A DNA stretch of 64,000 nt from an uncultured Actinomycetota bacterium (GTDB lineage: Bacteria > Actinomycetota > Actinomycetes > JAFAQI01): positions 928,001 to 992,000 of the forward strand of contig CAVYQE010000011.1 of the NCBI GenBank assembly GCA_963770565.1. Direction: 5' to 3'. The translations under genes were made by a program, and so were the position numbers. A model generated the notes under the pieces. The model was not told the DNA's origin. It made no database searches and worked only from the letters and a program-made list of their open reading frames with translations. Shown here one piece after another: positions 50,300 to 63,105 of the stretch (position 1 is the stretch's first letter; the number at the start of each line of letters is the position of its first letter).

Positions 50300-51472
50300 G
50301 TGGCAGCACCTCAGAACTACCTTGCCGTGATCAAGGTCGTCGGGATCGGCGGCGGCGGTGTGAATGCCGTCAACCGGATGATCGAGGTCGGTCTCAAGGG
50401 CGTCGAGTTCATCGCGGTCAACACCGACGCGCAGGCGCTGCTGATGAGCGACGCCGACGTCAAGCTGGACATCGGTCGCGATCTGACTCGCGGCCTCGGT
50501 GCCGGCGCCGACCCCGGGATCGGCCGGCAGGCCGCCGATGACAACACCGAAGAGATCGAAGAGGTGCTCAAGGGCGCCGACATGGTCTTCGTCACCGCCG
50601 GCGAGGGCGGCGGCACCGGCACCGGCGGCGCGCCTGTCATTGCCCGGCTGGCCCGCGAGATCGGCGCGCTGACCATCGGTGTAGTCACCCGGCCGTTCTC
50701 CTTCGAAGGCAAGCGACGCGCGACCCAGGCCGAAGAGGGCATCGCCGCACTGCGCGAAGAGGTCGACACCTTGATCGTCATTCCCAACGACCGGCTGCTG
50801 TCGATCAGCGACAAGCGGGTCAGCGTGCTCGACGCCTTCCACTCCGCGGACCAGGTGCTGCTCTCCGGTGTGCAGGGAATCACCGACCTGATCACCACTC
50901 CCGGCCTGATCAACCTCGACTTCGCCGACGTGAAGTCCGTGATGTCCGGTGCCGGGTCGGCGCTCATGGGTATCGGCTCGGCGCGCGGCGACGACCGCGC
51001 AATGGTCGCCGCGGAGGGCGCGATCGCGAGCCCGCTGCTCGAGGCGTCGATCGAAGGCGCCCACGGTGTGTTGATGAACGTGTCCGGCGGAAGTGACCTC
51101 GGCCTGTTCGAGATCCACGAGGCCGCCCAGTTGGTCGCCGACGCCGCACACCCGGACGCCAACATCATCTTCGGTGCCGTCATCGACGACGCGTTGGGTG
51201 ACGAGGTACGCGTCACGGTGATTGCCGCCGGGTTCGACGGCGGCACACCGCGGGCCCGCACCACTGAACCGCGCCGGGCGAAGGTGCGCGAACCGGAAGC
51301 CGAGGCGCCCGCCGACGTACCGGTGGTCGAGCACACCGTCGACCTCACCGAGGAGCCGGCCCCGGCCCGGGTGCCCGCCGCGAGCCGATCCGGCAGCCGC
51401 GCGGAGCCGCCGCGCCGCACCATCGTGTTCGACGACGGCGACGACCTCGACGTCCCCGACTTCCTGAAGTGA
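50300..51472 (+). CDS. ftsZ: Cell division protein FtsZ
   Basis: GGGTGTG tubulin signature and C-terminal DVPDFLK; AGGAAGG RBS before GTG. Confidence 0.98.
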   Translation: MAAPQNYLAVIKVVGIGGGGVNAVNRMIEVGLKGVEFIAVNTDAQALLMSDADVKLDIGRDLTRGLGAGADPGIGRQAADDNTEEIEEVLKGADMVFVTAGEGGGTGTGGAPVIARLAREIGALTIGVVTRPFSFEGKRRATQAEEGIAALREEVDTLIVIPNDRLLSISDKRVSVLDAFHSADQVLLSGVQGITDLITTPGLINLDFADVKSVMSGAGSALMGIGSARGDDRAMVAAEGAIASPLLEASIEGAHGVLMNVSGGSDLGLFEIHEAAQLVADAAHPDANIIFGAVIDDALGDEVRVTVIAAGFDGGTPRARTTEPRRAKVREPEAEAPADVPVVEHTVDLTEEPAPARVPAASRSGSRAEPPRRTIVFDDGDDLDVPDFLK

Positions 51473-51518
51473 CAGGGGCGGGCCGATCGACCCGCTGAAT
51501 GCCGCGTTCCCGCCGGGT

Positions 51519-52241
51519 GTGGTCGGGATCTTCACCACCCGAGCCGGCGGGGTGAGCGCCGGTCCCTGGGCCGACCTCAACCTCGCTCTGCACGTAGGCG
51601 ACGAGCAGCGGCACGTGAACGCCAACCGGGATCTGCTGGCCGCGCATCTCGGGACCGCTCGCGTCACCTTCCCGAACCAGGAGCACGGTTGCGCGGTCAT
51701 GGTCATCGATGCGGCCTGGCCGGGGCCCGACGACCGGATTGGTGCCGACCTGCCGGGTGCCGACGCGGTCGTCACCACCCGGCGCAACCTTGCGATCGGC
51801 GTCCTCGTCGCCGACTGCATCCCGGTGCTGCTCGCCGATGCCGATGCCCGGGTCGGCGCAGTCGCCCACGTCGGCCGCCGCGGCCTGGTCTCGGGAGTGC
51901 TGCAGGCGACCGTTGCTGCGATGGTTGATTGCGGAGCCCGTCCCAGTGCGGTCGTCGCCGTGGTCGGACCCGGTATTTGCGGTGCTTGCTATGAAGTGCC
52001 GATGGAGATGCGCGCGGAGGTCGCGTCCGTCGTGCCCGGCACGGCGGCGACGACCCGGACCGGTACGCCGTCGCTCGACCTGCCGGCCGGGGCCGCCGAG
52101 GTCCTGCGCCGCAGTGGGATCGAGGAGGTTCGTCCCACCGGGGTGTGCACGTTCGAGGACCCGCGCTTCTACTCGTATCGCCGGGACGGCGTGACCGGCC
52201 GGTTCGCCGGCGTGGTCGTCCTGCAGGCCGGCCAGCCGTGA
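51519..52241 (+). CDS. pgeF: PgeF/YlmD purine nucleoside phosphorylase-like (laccase-domain) protein
   Basis: TRAGGVS, LNLALHVGD, VADCIPV and YSYRRDG motifs; true start may be slightly upstream. Confidence 0.92.
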   Translation: MVGIFTTRAGGVSAGPWADLNLALHVGDEQRHVNANRDLLAAHLGTARVTFPNQEHGCAVMVIDAAWPGPDDRIGADLPGADAVVTTRRNLAIGVLVADCIPVLLADADARVGAVAHVGRRGLVSGVLQATVAAMVDCGARPSAVVAVVGPGICGACYEVPMEMRAEVASVVPGTAATTRTGTPSLDLPAGAAEVLRRSGIEEVRPTGVCTFEDPRFYSYRRDGVTGRFAGVVVLQAGQP

Positions 52242-53050
52242 GCACCGAGGAGCGGCGGGCCGAGATTGCCGCGAACCTGGCCGCGCTGAGGGTACGGGTG
52301 GAACGCGCGTGCGAGACGGCCGGTCGCGACCCTGGCGAGATCACCGTGATCGCCATCACCAAGACCTTCCCGGCCAGCGACATCGGCTTGCTCGCCGAGC
52401 TCGGCATGACCGACGTTGGGGAGAACCGCGACCAGGAGGCGGCACAGAAGCATGAGCAGTGCTCCGGCTTGGCGCTTCGGTGGCACTTCGTCGGCCAGTT
52501 GCAACGCAACAAGGCAAAGTCGGTCGCCCGTTACGCCGATGTCGTGCATTCCGTCGATCGGGCTGAGCTCGTCGAGGCGTTGAGCCGGGCTGCCATCGGT
52601 GCCGGCCGGACGATCAGCGCGCTCGTGCAGGTCGACCTCGACCCGCCCGCGGTGGCCGACCCGGCCCTGGCGGGCGTGGCCGACCCGGCCCGAGGAGGCG
52701 TGGCCGATCCGGCCCGAGGAGGCGTGGCCGAACCGGCCCGAGGAGGCGTGGCCGGACCGGCCCGAGGGGGGAGAGCGCCGGGCGAGGTGGGCGCACTCGC
52801 CGACGAGATCGCGGCCGCCCCGGGCCTCGAGCTGGGCGGGGTCATGGCAGTGGCTCCACTGGACCGCGATCCGGATGAAGCGTTCGCCCGGCTGGCGGCG
52901 ATCGCCGCCGACTTGCGGGCCCGGCATCCGGGCGCGTCGATGGTGTCGGCGGGCATGACCGACGACTTCGAATCCGCGATCCGGCACGGTGCGACACACC
53001 TTCGGATCGGTTCGGCGTTGTTGGGCCGCCGGAGCGCGCCGGTCGGCTAG
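52238..53050 (+). CDS. yggS: PLP homeostasis protein YggS/YlmE with an internal repeat expansion
   Basis: [26 protein letters not shown] and LRIGSA motifs. Confidence 0.93.
   Translation: MSTEERRAEIAANLAALRVRVERACETAGRDPGEITVIAITKTFPASDIGLLAELGMTDVGENRDQEAAQKHEQCSGLALRWHFVGQLQRNKAKSVARYADVVHSVDRAELVEALSRAAIGAGRTISALVQVDLDPPAVADPALAGVADPARGGVADPARGGVAEPARGGVAGPARGGRAPGEVGALADEIAAAPGLELGGVMAVAPLDRDPDEAFARLAAIAADLRARHPGASMVSAGMTDDFESAIRHGATHLRIGSALLGRRSAPVG
52652..52771 (+). repeat. In-frame 24-bp tandem repeat x5 (VADPARGG) in yggS
   Basis: GTGGCCGACCCGGCCCGAGGAGGC-like units at 52652, 52676, 52700, 52724, 52748. Confidence 0.92.
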
Positions 53051-53114
53051 CCTTCCGGGAGAGCCTGCGGATGCCGTAGGCCCGCTGCGGATACGAGAAA
53101 CCGGAGGACGTCGC

Positions 53115-53612
53115 ATGCCTGGCGCGATGCGCAAGATGGCCGTCTACCTGGGGCTCGTGGAGGATGAGGATCTCGACGCCGCCTACGACGACGGCTACGA
53201 CGACACGGGTGCGATCGACGAGCGGACCCACGTCGTCCGCCGGCACGACGAGCCGACCCTGCGGGTCACCCGGCCCGACGAGGTGGCCGAGCGGGCCCCG
53301 AACAACCGGCGCGAGCCGCTCGAGACCCTCGATGCCTACCGCATCACGACCGTGCACCCTCGCAACTACAACGAAGCCCGGATCATCGGCGAGCACTTCC
53401 GCGACGGAACGCCGGTCATCATGAACCTCACCGACATGGATGACTCGGACGCGAAGCGGCTGGTCGACTTCTCGGCCGGGCTCGTCTTCGGCCGCCGCGG
53501 CAGCATTGAGCGGGTGACCCAGAAGGTGTTCCTGCTCACCCCCGCGAACGTCGAGATCACGGCCGAGGACAAGTCGCGCATGGCCGGGGCTGGATTCTTC
53601 AATCAGAGCTAG
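53115..53612 (+). CDS. sepF: Cell division protein SepF
   Basis: [12 protein letters not shown] and [12 protein letters not shown] motifs. Confidence 0.96.
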   Translation: MPGAMRKMAVYLGLVEDEDLDAAYDDGYDDTGAIDERTHVVRRHDEPTLRVTRPDEVAERAPNNRREPLETLDAYRITTVHPRNYNEARIIGEHFRDGTPVIMNLTDMDDSDAKRLVDFSAGLVFGRRGSIERVTQKVFLLTPANVEITAEDKSRMAGAGFFNQS

Positions 53613-53648
53613 TGCCTTGTCTCGCTCCACCGGTCGGTTGGACTCACT

Positions 53649-53933
53649 GTGATCGCCGCGATCATCGCGATCTACGTCCTTTACATCATCGTCGGACTGT
53701 TGATCGTGCGGCTGATCCTCGACTACGTGATGATGTTTGCCCGCAACTTCCGGCCGAAAGGTGTGCTGGCAGCGGTCCTCGAGGTGGCGTACTCGGTGAC
53801 CGATCCACCGCTGCGGGCGCTCCGGCGGATCATCCCACCGCTTCGACTCGGGCGGGTCTCCCTCGATCTGTCGTTCATCGTGTTGCTTATTTCCGCGTAT
53901 GTTCTTATCGACGTGATCGATCCATACACGTGA
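53649..53933 (+). CDS. yggT: YggT family membrane protein
   Basis: TDPPLRALRRIIPP and LDLS motifs. Confidence 0.93.
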   Translation: MIAAIIAIYVLYIIVGLLIVRLILDYVMMFARNFRPKGVLAAVLEVAYSVTDPPLRALRRIIPPLRLGRVSLDLSFIVLLISAYVLIDVIDPYT

Positions 53934-53979
53934 TGCCGGACCCGACCGTGACGCTTCCAAACATCAGAGGTGACCTGCG

Positions 53980-54948
53980 ATGCCACTGACTCCTGAGGAC
54001 GTTCAGAACAAGAGGTTCACCACAACGCGCCTCAAGGCCGGGTACGACGAGGACGAGGTCGACGGCTTCCTCGACGAGGTCGAGGCGGAGATGCGTCGGC
54101 TGCTCGCCGAGATCGCCTCGTTGCGTGCGGCCGCCACCTCGGCGCCGGCTGCTGCTCCGGCCGCGCCGGTGGCGGCACCAGCCGCCCAGGTCGCCCCGCC
54201 GCGCGAGGAGCCGAGTGAGGCGGCGCTGCGCACCCTGGCGATGGCTCAGCGGACCGCCGAGGAGGCGATTGCCCAGGCCAAGGCCGAGGCCGACCAACTG
54301 GTTAGCGCTGCCCGGGCCCAGGCGTCGACCCTCGAGCGGGATGCGAAGGCCGAACACGCGACCAAGCTCGCTGAGTTCGAGCGCGCGAGGTCGGCGATCG
54401 AAGCTCAGCTCAACCAACTCCGCGGGTTCGAGCGCGACCACCTGACCCGGGTGCGCGCGTATCTCGAAGGGCAGCTGAAGGAGTTGACCGGGTTGGAAAG
54501 CGCGGCATCGCCGCTGCTCAACGTCGGCGGAAAGCCGGCCGGCGGCGCGGCGTCGCCGGCCGCGGCCACGCCGCCAGCACCGACCCACTCCCCGGCCACT
54601 CCACCTTCGGCGGCACATCCGCCGGCCGGCCCGCCTCCCGTCGCGTCGGCCGCACCGCCGGCAGCCGGCGGGATCAACGTGCCGAGAGTCGCTACCGGGT
54701 CGGGTCAGCCGCTGTCGCCGCCTTCACCGCCGGCCGCCGTCTCACCGGCACCCGGTGGGCCGGGCGGGCCGTTCAGCACGGCGCCGCTTCCGGCCTCGCC
54801 GCAGGACTCACCGGAGCTGTTCACCCCGCCCGGCGCCGCCGCGCCGTCGGGTGCAGCGTTTGCGACCGATGTCGATGCCGAGAGCGACGTCCCGTCGGGA
54901 CCGCCGTCGCAGGCCGACGAGGGCGAGACCGACGAGTCCTCCGAGTAG
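53980..54948 (+). CDS. divIVA: DivIVA/Wag31
   Basis: MPLTPEDVQNKRF...GYDEDEVDGFLD plus coiled coils. Confidence 0.95.
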   Translation: MPLTPEDVQNKRFTTTRLKAGYDEDEVDGFLDEVEAEMRRLLAEIASLRAAATSAPAAAPAAPVAAPAAQVAPPREEPSEAALRTLAMAQRTAEEAIAQAKAEADQLVSAARAQASTLERDAKAEHATKLAEFERARSAIEAQLNQLRGFERDHLTRVRAYLEGQLKELTGLESAASPLLNVGGKPAGGAASPAAATPPAPTHSPATPPSAAHPPAGPPPVASAAPPAAGGINVPRVATGSGQPLSPPSPPAAVSPAPGGPGGPFSTAPLPASPQDSPELFTPPGAAAPSGAAFATDVDAESDVPSGPPSQADEGETDESSE

Positions 54949-55055
54949 GGCCGGCTGGCTGGTGCCCCACTAGACTCGGCGCTCGTGCGGCCGGGGTCGA
55001 CGCGGTTTGCCGAAGCCGCCTCGCCCACCTTCGCCACTGAAACGGAGCCGACCAC

Positions 55056-56099
55056 GTGATCGTCGCGAGCGCGGTGCTGCTCTTCGTTGCGGTCGCGTTG
55101 CTGATCGTCGGGCTGTTTCCCTCAATGGGCCTGGACTGGGTCTATGCGGCGGTGGCGACCAGCATCCTGGCGTTCATCACCCTGTGGCTGTCGGTCCGCC
55201 AACGTGCCGAGCTTCCGGTCGAGTCCCACGCCTCGGGCGGCTCCAGCGGGCCGGTGACCGGCGGCGATGCGGATCGCGACGTGGTCGTGGTGTCGATGCC
55301 GAGCGACCGGGTCGAGCCGGTGGCGGAAGCCGAGCCTTCGCTCGCCGTAACCGATGACCACCCGCCGGCACCGGTATCCGCGGATCCGGTCCCGGCGGTC
55401 AGCAGTACGGCGGCCGCGCCGAGCGCCCTGCAGCGGCTGCGGACCGGGTCGGCGCCGTCCCTGGCGTCCACCCCGCCAACCCCAGCGCCCGCGGTGGTGC
55501 AAAAGGTGGCCCCGGCCGAGAAGGTCGTCGCGGTGAAGAAGGCCGCCCCCACGAAGTCGGTAGCCCCCACGAAGTCGGTAGCCCCCACGAAGTCGGTAGC
55601 CCCCACCAAGGTCGTCGCGGTGGCAAAGGCCGCTCCGGCGAAGAAGCCGGCTGCCGCCAAGAAGGCCGTTGCAGGGGCCAAAGCTGCGCCGCCGAGGAAG
55701 GCGCCTTCCGAGCGAACCGTCTCCATCGTCAAGAGCGCTTTGCCGGCAAAGCAGGTGGCGCCGGTCAAGAAGGGTGCTCCGGCCAAGAAGAGTGCGCCCG
55801 TCAATAAGGCTGCGCCCGCCAAGAAGGCCCTCCCGCCGGCCAAGGCGGCTCCGTCGAAGGCCGTCGCGGTGAGGAAGGCTGCCCCGGCGAAGCGGGTTGC
55901 TCCGACCAAAATGGCCGTCGCGGTGAAGAAGGCTGCCCCGGCGAAGCGGGTTGCTCCGACCAAAATGGCCGTCGCGGTGAAGAAGGCTGGTCCGGCGAAG
56001 TCGGTTGCTCCGGCCAAGAAGGCCGTCCCGCCGACCAAGGCTGCTGCCGCGAAGAAGGCTGCTCCGGCTAAGCGGTCCAGCGCTCGCAACTCTCGCTAG
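55056..56099 (+). CDS. Membrane-anchored protein with a histone H1-like Lys/Ala/Pro-rich tail
   Basis: Two N-terminal TM helices, acidic/Pro linker, about 190 aa of PAKK/KAAP repeats. Confidence 0.75.
   Translation: MIVASAVLLFVAVALLIVGLFPSMGLDWVYAAVATSILAFITLWLSVRQRAELPVESHASGGSSGPVTGGDADRDVVVVSMPSDRVEPVAEAEPSLAVTDDHPPAPVSADPVPAVSSTAAAPSALQRLRTGSAPSLASTPPTPAPAVVQKVAPAEKVVAVKKAAPTKSVAPTKSVAPTKSVAPTKVVAVAKAAPAKKPAAAKKAVAGAKAAPPRKAPSERTVSIVKSALPAKQVAPVKKGAPAKKSAPVNKAAPAKKALPPAKAAPSKAVAVRKAAPAKRVAPTKMAVAVKKAAPAKRVAPTKMAVAVKKAGPAKSVAPAKKAVPPTKAAAAKKAAPAKRSSARNSR
55543..55607 (+). repeat. 18-bp in-frame tandem repeat (APTKSV)
   Basis: GCCCCCACGAAGTCGGTA repeated about 3.5 times. Confidence 0.85.
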
Positions 56100-56167
56100 T
56101 CCGTCGTCATTCTGGTGAAGGCGTAGCGGATCCAGCCGTGGAACGTGATGATCGGCGCAGATACCGC

Positions 56168-56638
56168 TTAGCTGATTGCCATCTGACGGCGGAACGGGTC
56201 GCGCGCCGGGGGGGTGGCGAGCTGGACCCGGTCGCCCTCGATGGACAGACCGGTCAGGCCGAGGACGGAAAGCAGGATCGACAACGTGGTCTCGCCGGCC
56301 TCGATGCCTTCCTGGGTCACCATCGCGCGGTAGATCAACGCCCAGTGCTTCGCCGGGGTGTCGTAAGTCCAGTCGACCGAGCCGAGGTGCAACGCGGTGC
56401 CCTTGCTGCCGTCCGGGCCGTTGAACGGCCCGCTCCAGCGCTGGATGCCGGCCGGGCCGGCACTGAAGCAGCCCTCCGCCAGGACGTCCTCGTGGTTTGC
56501 AGCGTCGAGCAGCGCGCGAGCCTGGAGCTCGGGGAGCACCAGAGCTGGGCGGACATGACTGGTGAGTGCGGGGACGGCCACGGCCCCACTCTTCAGACGC
56601 AGGCCGTCAGCCGACGTCTTGAGTAGCGTCAGTGACAC
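56168..56638 (-). CDS. Hypothetical protein
   Basis: GGGAGG RBS before GTG 56638; globular-looking 156-aa ORF with GC3-rich codons. Confidence 0.65.
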   Translation of the reverse strand: MSLTLLKTSADGLRLKSGAVAVPALTSHVRPALVLPELQARALLDAANHEDVLAEGCFSAGPAGIQRWSGPFNGPDGSKGTALHLGSVDWTYDTPAKHWALIYRAMVTQEGIEAGETTLSILLSVLGLTGLSIEGDRVQLATPPARDPFRRQMAIS

Positions 56639-56753
56639 GTCTACCTCCCGGTTCTCAGCATGTTGGCTAAGCCGTTCGCAGTAGCCACGCCTGCTCATAA
56701 AGAGCATCGGGTCTACCGCTCGTAATAGTCATTCGGCCGAACGGGTGGAAAAA

Positions 56754-59896
<3,143 letters not shown>

Positions 59897-60190
59897 GGTT
59901 GCTCCATCCTCCGTCGTCGAGCTCGCTCGCCGGTCGGGCGAGCAGGTCTCGTCGGAGGGACGAGGCGCCGTGGCGCCCCGCGGTACCACCCTCCTTGGCC
60001 GGCCGGCGACCGGAGTCGCCGGCAAACCCGCTCAAGGGGTGCGGCCGGGTCTACCCACGCTCACCACAGGGGTGCGACGTGCTCTTCCGGCGGCTCGGAG
60101 GTGATCGTCACCACGCGCCGGCCCCCGGGCTCACACCGTCCCCAGGTCGCTCGTGGCTGCATTTCGCGGCTAGTTGTCCTCGTCAATGCC
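59897..60190 (-). ncRNA. Ile T-box riboswitch (translational type)
   Basis: T-box AGGGTGGTACCGCG (59992-59979), AUC specifier (60105-60103), AGCGA/GGTGTGA stem I motifs; no U-tailed terminator; TCCCTCCG can pair with the RBS region. Confidence 0.9.
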
Positions 60191-60419
60191 TTCTCGCAAG
60201 GCATGATCTTAGCGGCCGAACGGCGCCGGTCCCGGGCATTAATCGCCGTATTGCAGCGTTGGAAGTCACCGAAGCAGGCCGGATTACACTGTTCGGCCTC
60301 GCGCCGCACCTCTTACCGGTTCGGCGCGGCAGATTGCCCGGGCTCCGGCGTGGACCTATCCTGCGCAGACCCCAAGATCGGCTGCCGTTCGGCGCCGGTC
60401 ATCGATGAGGGAGGTCGAG

Positions 60420-61526
60420 GTGGCTCGCGAGCGACCGACCGGCGGGGGTCGCCAGCGTGCCCAGGTCGCCTCGAGCCGGACCTCGACGCCCCGCCGTACG
60501 GCGTCCACCTCGCCGGCCAAGAAGGCCGTGAGCGGCCGGGTAGCAGTCAAGAAATCGGCTCCCGCCAAGAAAGCCGCGCCAGCGAAGAAATCCGTGGTGA
60601 AAGCGGCCGCCCCCGCCAAAAAGTCGACAACCGGCAAGAAGGCGGCGGCGCCGCGAAAGCCCGCACCGGTGACGAAGCGCGCGGTGCAGAAAGCCGCGCC
60701 CGGGAAGAAATCCGGCCCGGCCAAGAAATTGGCCGCGGCCGCGAAATCCGCCGCGGCCCGAATCTCCGGCGGCGCGCGCGCCAGTGCGACCAAGCGGGTA
60801 GCCGCGAAGGCGCCCGCACCGAGTCGAACCGTCGCCCGCAAGCCGGCAGCGACCAAGGTGGCACCGGTCAAGAAGGCCGCCGTCGCCAAGAAGGCCCCGG
60901 CGCCGAAGCGGGCCGCTCCTGCCAAGAAGCCGCCGGTGAAGGCCGCCGCGGTCAAGAAGGCAGCCCCGGTCAAGAAGGCAGCCCCGGCCAAGGCAGCAGC
61001 TCCGGCCAAGGCAGCAGCTCCGGCCAAGAAGGCGGCGCCGGCCACGGCCGCGCGGCCGGCCGCCGTAGCCAAGAAGGCCCCCGCACCAGCGCCGCGTCCG
61101 GCGACTCCCGCCCCGCCGACCCGGGTGGCGAAGCCGGGTGCCACGGTTCTGCCGGGCGAGCGGCCGTGGACCAAGCCCGAGTTGGTCAAGATCCGGGCCG
61201 AGCTGGATCTGCAGGCCCGCGAGCTGCGGGGCGAGATCAGCGAGGCCGAGCTGTCCTGGGCCGCGTTGCAGCGCGACAGCGGCGAGGGCGCCGGCGACGA
61301 CCAAGCCGACGCGGGCACCAAGACCTTCGAGCGTGAGCACGAGATGTCGCTCGCGGCCAACAGTCGTGACCTGCTGTCCCAGGTCGAGCGGGCGCTCCAG
61401 CGGCTGGACGACAAGACCTACGGCATCTGCGAGAGCTGCGGGAACCCGATCGGCAAGGGTCGGCTGCAGGCGTTTCCCCGTGCAACCCTGTGTGTGTCAT
61501 GCAAGCAGCGCGAGGAGCGGCGGTAG
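60420..61526 (+). CDS. DksA/TraR C4 zinc-finger protein with a histone-like N-terminus (DdbA-like)
   Basis: About 230 aa of PAKK repeats; DDQADAG and CESC...CVSC. Confidence 0.88.
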   Translation: MARERPTGGGRQRAQVASSRTSTPRRTASTSPAKKAVSGRVAVKKSAPAKKAAPAKKSVVKAAAPAKKSTTGKKAAAPRKPAPVTKRAVQKAAPGKKSGPAKKLAAAAKSAAARISGGARASATKRVAAKAPAPSRTVARKPAATKVAPVKKAAVAKKAPAPKRAAPAKKPPVKAAAVKKAAPVKKAAPAKAAAPAKAAAPAKKAAPATAARPAAVAKKAPAPAPRPATPAPPTRVAKPGATVLPGERPWTKPELVKIRAELDLQARELRGEISEAELSWAALQRDSGEGAGDDQADAGTKTFEREHEMSLAANSRDLLSQVERALQRLDDKTYGICESCGNPIGKGRLQAFPRATLCVSCKQREERR

Positions 61527-62032
61527 CCCCCGAGGCACCGCAGCAGGCCGCACCGCGGCAACGGGCCAGATGGTTGGCCATCACCGCGCTGCTGGTCCTC
61601 GTTGCCGACGTGGTGAGCAAGCAGGTCGTGGTCGCCAAGCTCTCCGATCACCCGCCGGTCCGGGTGATCGCGCACGTGCTGACCCTCACCCTGACCCGAA
61701 ACGGGGGCGCGGCCTTCAGCATCGGCGGCGGCGCCACCGTGCTCTTCACCGCAGTTGCCGTGGCCGTGGTCGTCGTCATCGCCCGGACCGCGCGGTCACT
61801 GGCCTCGAGGGGCTGGGCGATCGCGCTCGGACTTCTGCTCGGTGGCGCGGTGGGCAACCTCGCCGACCGGGTGTTTCGTTCGCCCGCGCCGTTCCGCGGT
61901 CACGTCGTGGACTGGATCGAGCTGCCGCACTGGCCGGTGTTCAACGTCGCCGACTCGGCGATCGTGGCCGGCGGCGTACTCGCGATGTTGCTGGTCACGC
62001 TCGGCATCGAGCTCGACGGCACCCGGCGGTGA
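61499..62032 (+). CDS. lspA: Lipoprotein signal peptidase II
   Basis: [22 protein letters not shown] and FNVADS motifs. Confidence 0.95.
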   Translation: MQAARGAAVAPEAPQQAAPRQRARWLAITALLVLVADVVSKQVVVAKLSDHPPVRVIAHVLTLTLTRNGGAAFSIGGGATVLFTAVAVAVVVVIARTARSLASRGWAIALGLLLGGAVGNLADRVFRSPAPFRGHVVDWIELPHWPVFNVADSAIVAGGVLAMLLVTLGIELDGTRR

Positions 62033-62955
62033 CCGCGCGCCGCGTGCCCTTGCCCGAAGGGCTCGAGGGGCAACGGGTCGACGTGGCACTGTCGAGGCTG
62101 TTCGGGGTGTCGCGGACTTCGGCCGCCGAGCTGATCGAGACCGGCGCGGTGCTCGTCGACGGCAAGGCACCGGTCAAGTCCGATCGGCTCGCCAGCGGCG
62201 CTTGGCTCGACGTCACGCTGCCCGAGCCCGAGACCGTGGTGCGGGCCGAGCCGGCGCTGGTCGCCGGCCTGCGGATCGTGTACGTCGACGACGACCTCGT
62301 CGTGGTCGACAAGCCGGTCGGCGTGGCGGCCCATCCGAGTCCCGGCTGGGACGGGCCGACCGTGACCGGGGGCCTCGCCGCGGCCGGGTACCGGCTGTCC
62401 ACCTCAGGGGTTGCGGAACGCCAAGGGGTCGTGCACCGACTCGACGTCGGCACCACCGGGCTGATGGTGGTGGCGCGCAGCGAGCGGGCCTACACCGCCC
62501 TGAAGAGCGCCTTCCGGGAACGGGCCGTGGACAAGCGCTACACCGCGCTCGTGCAGGGACATCCCGATCCGACCAGCGGCACGATCGACGCCCCGATCGA
62601 CCGGCATCCCACCCATGACTACAAGTGGGCCGTGGTCGCGGGCGGCCGCCCGAGCGTCACTCACTACGAGACGGTCGAGGCGTTCCGGGCCGCCAGCCTG
62701 CTCGAGGTCCGGCTCGAGACCGGCCGGACCCACCAGATCCGGGTGCACATGGCGGCGATCCGCCACCCGTGCGTCGGCGACCTGACGTACGGCGCCGACC
62801 CGACCCTCGCGGCCCGGCTGCAGCTCGACCGGCAGTGGCTGCACGCCGGCGAGCTCGCCTTCACGCACCCGGCGGACGGCCGCGAGGTCCGCTTCACCAG
62901 CCCGCCGCCGGCCGATCTCGCCCGGGCGCTGGACCTGCTGACCGGGGCGGAATGA
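62029..62955 (+). CDS. rluD: RluA/RluD family 23S rRNA pseudouridine synthase
   Basis: S4 domain; [10 protein letters not shown] and [10 protein letters not shown] motifs. Confidence 0.94.
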   Translation: MTARRVPLPEGLEGQRVDVALSRLFGVSRTSAAELIETGAVLVDGKAPVKSDRLASGAWLDVTLPEPETVVRAEPALVAGLRIVYVDDDLVVVDKPVGVAAHPSPGWDGPTVTGGLAAAGYRLSTSGVAERQGVVHRLDVGTTGLMVVARSERAYTALKSAFRERAVDKRYTALVQGHPDPTSGTIDAPIDRHPTHDYKWAVVAGGRPSVTHYETVEAFRAASLLEVRLETGRTHQIRVHMAAIRHPCVGDLTYGADPTLAARLQLDRQWLHAGELAFTHPADGREVRFTSPPPADLARALDLLTGAE

Positions 62956-63105
62956 GGGTGCCGGCGGCGACGCGCCGGTCCGACACGCGCGACGACGTCG
63001 GTGGGTCGTGTTAGAACGGCTGAGTATCTCGGCCGCCTTCCCCCTGGCCGTCATCAAGCACCACCGTTGTTGGGAGGGCTTACGTCCACGAGGATTGGAT
63101 CCGGA

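Noticed and set aside
55142-56089. Antisense hydrophobic (AFFAGA)n ORFs here and at 60356-61414
   Set aside because: Simple reverse complements of the PAKK repeats
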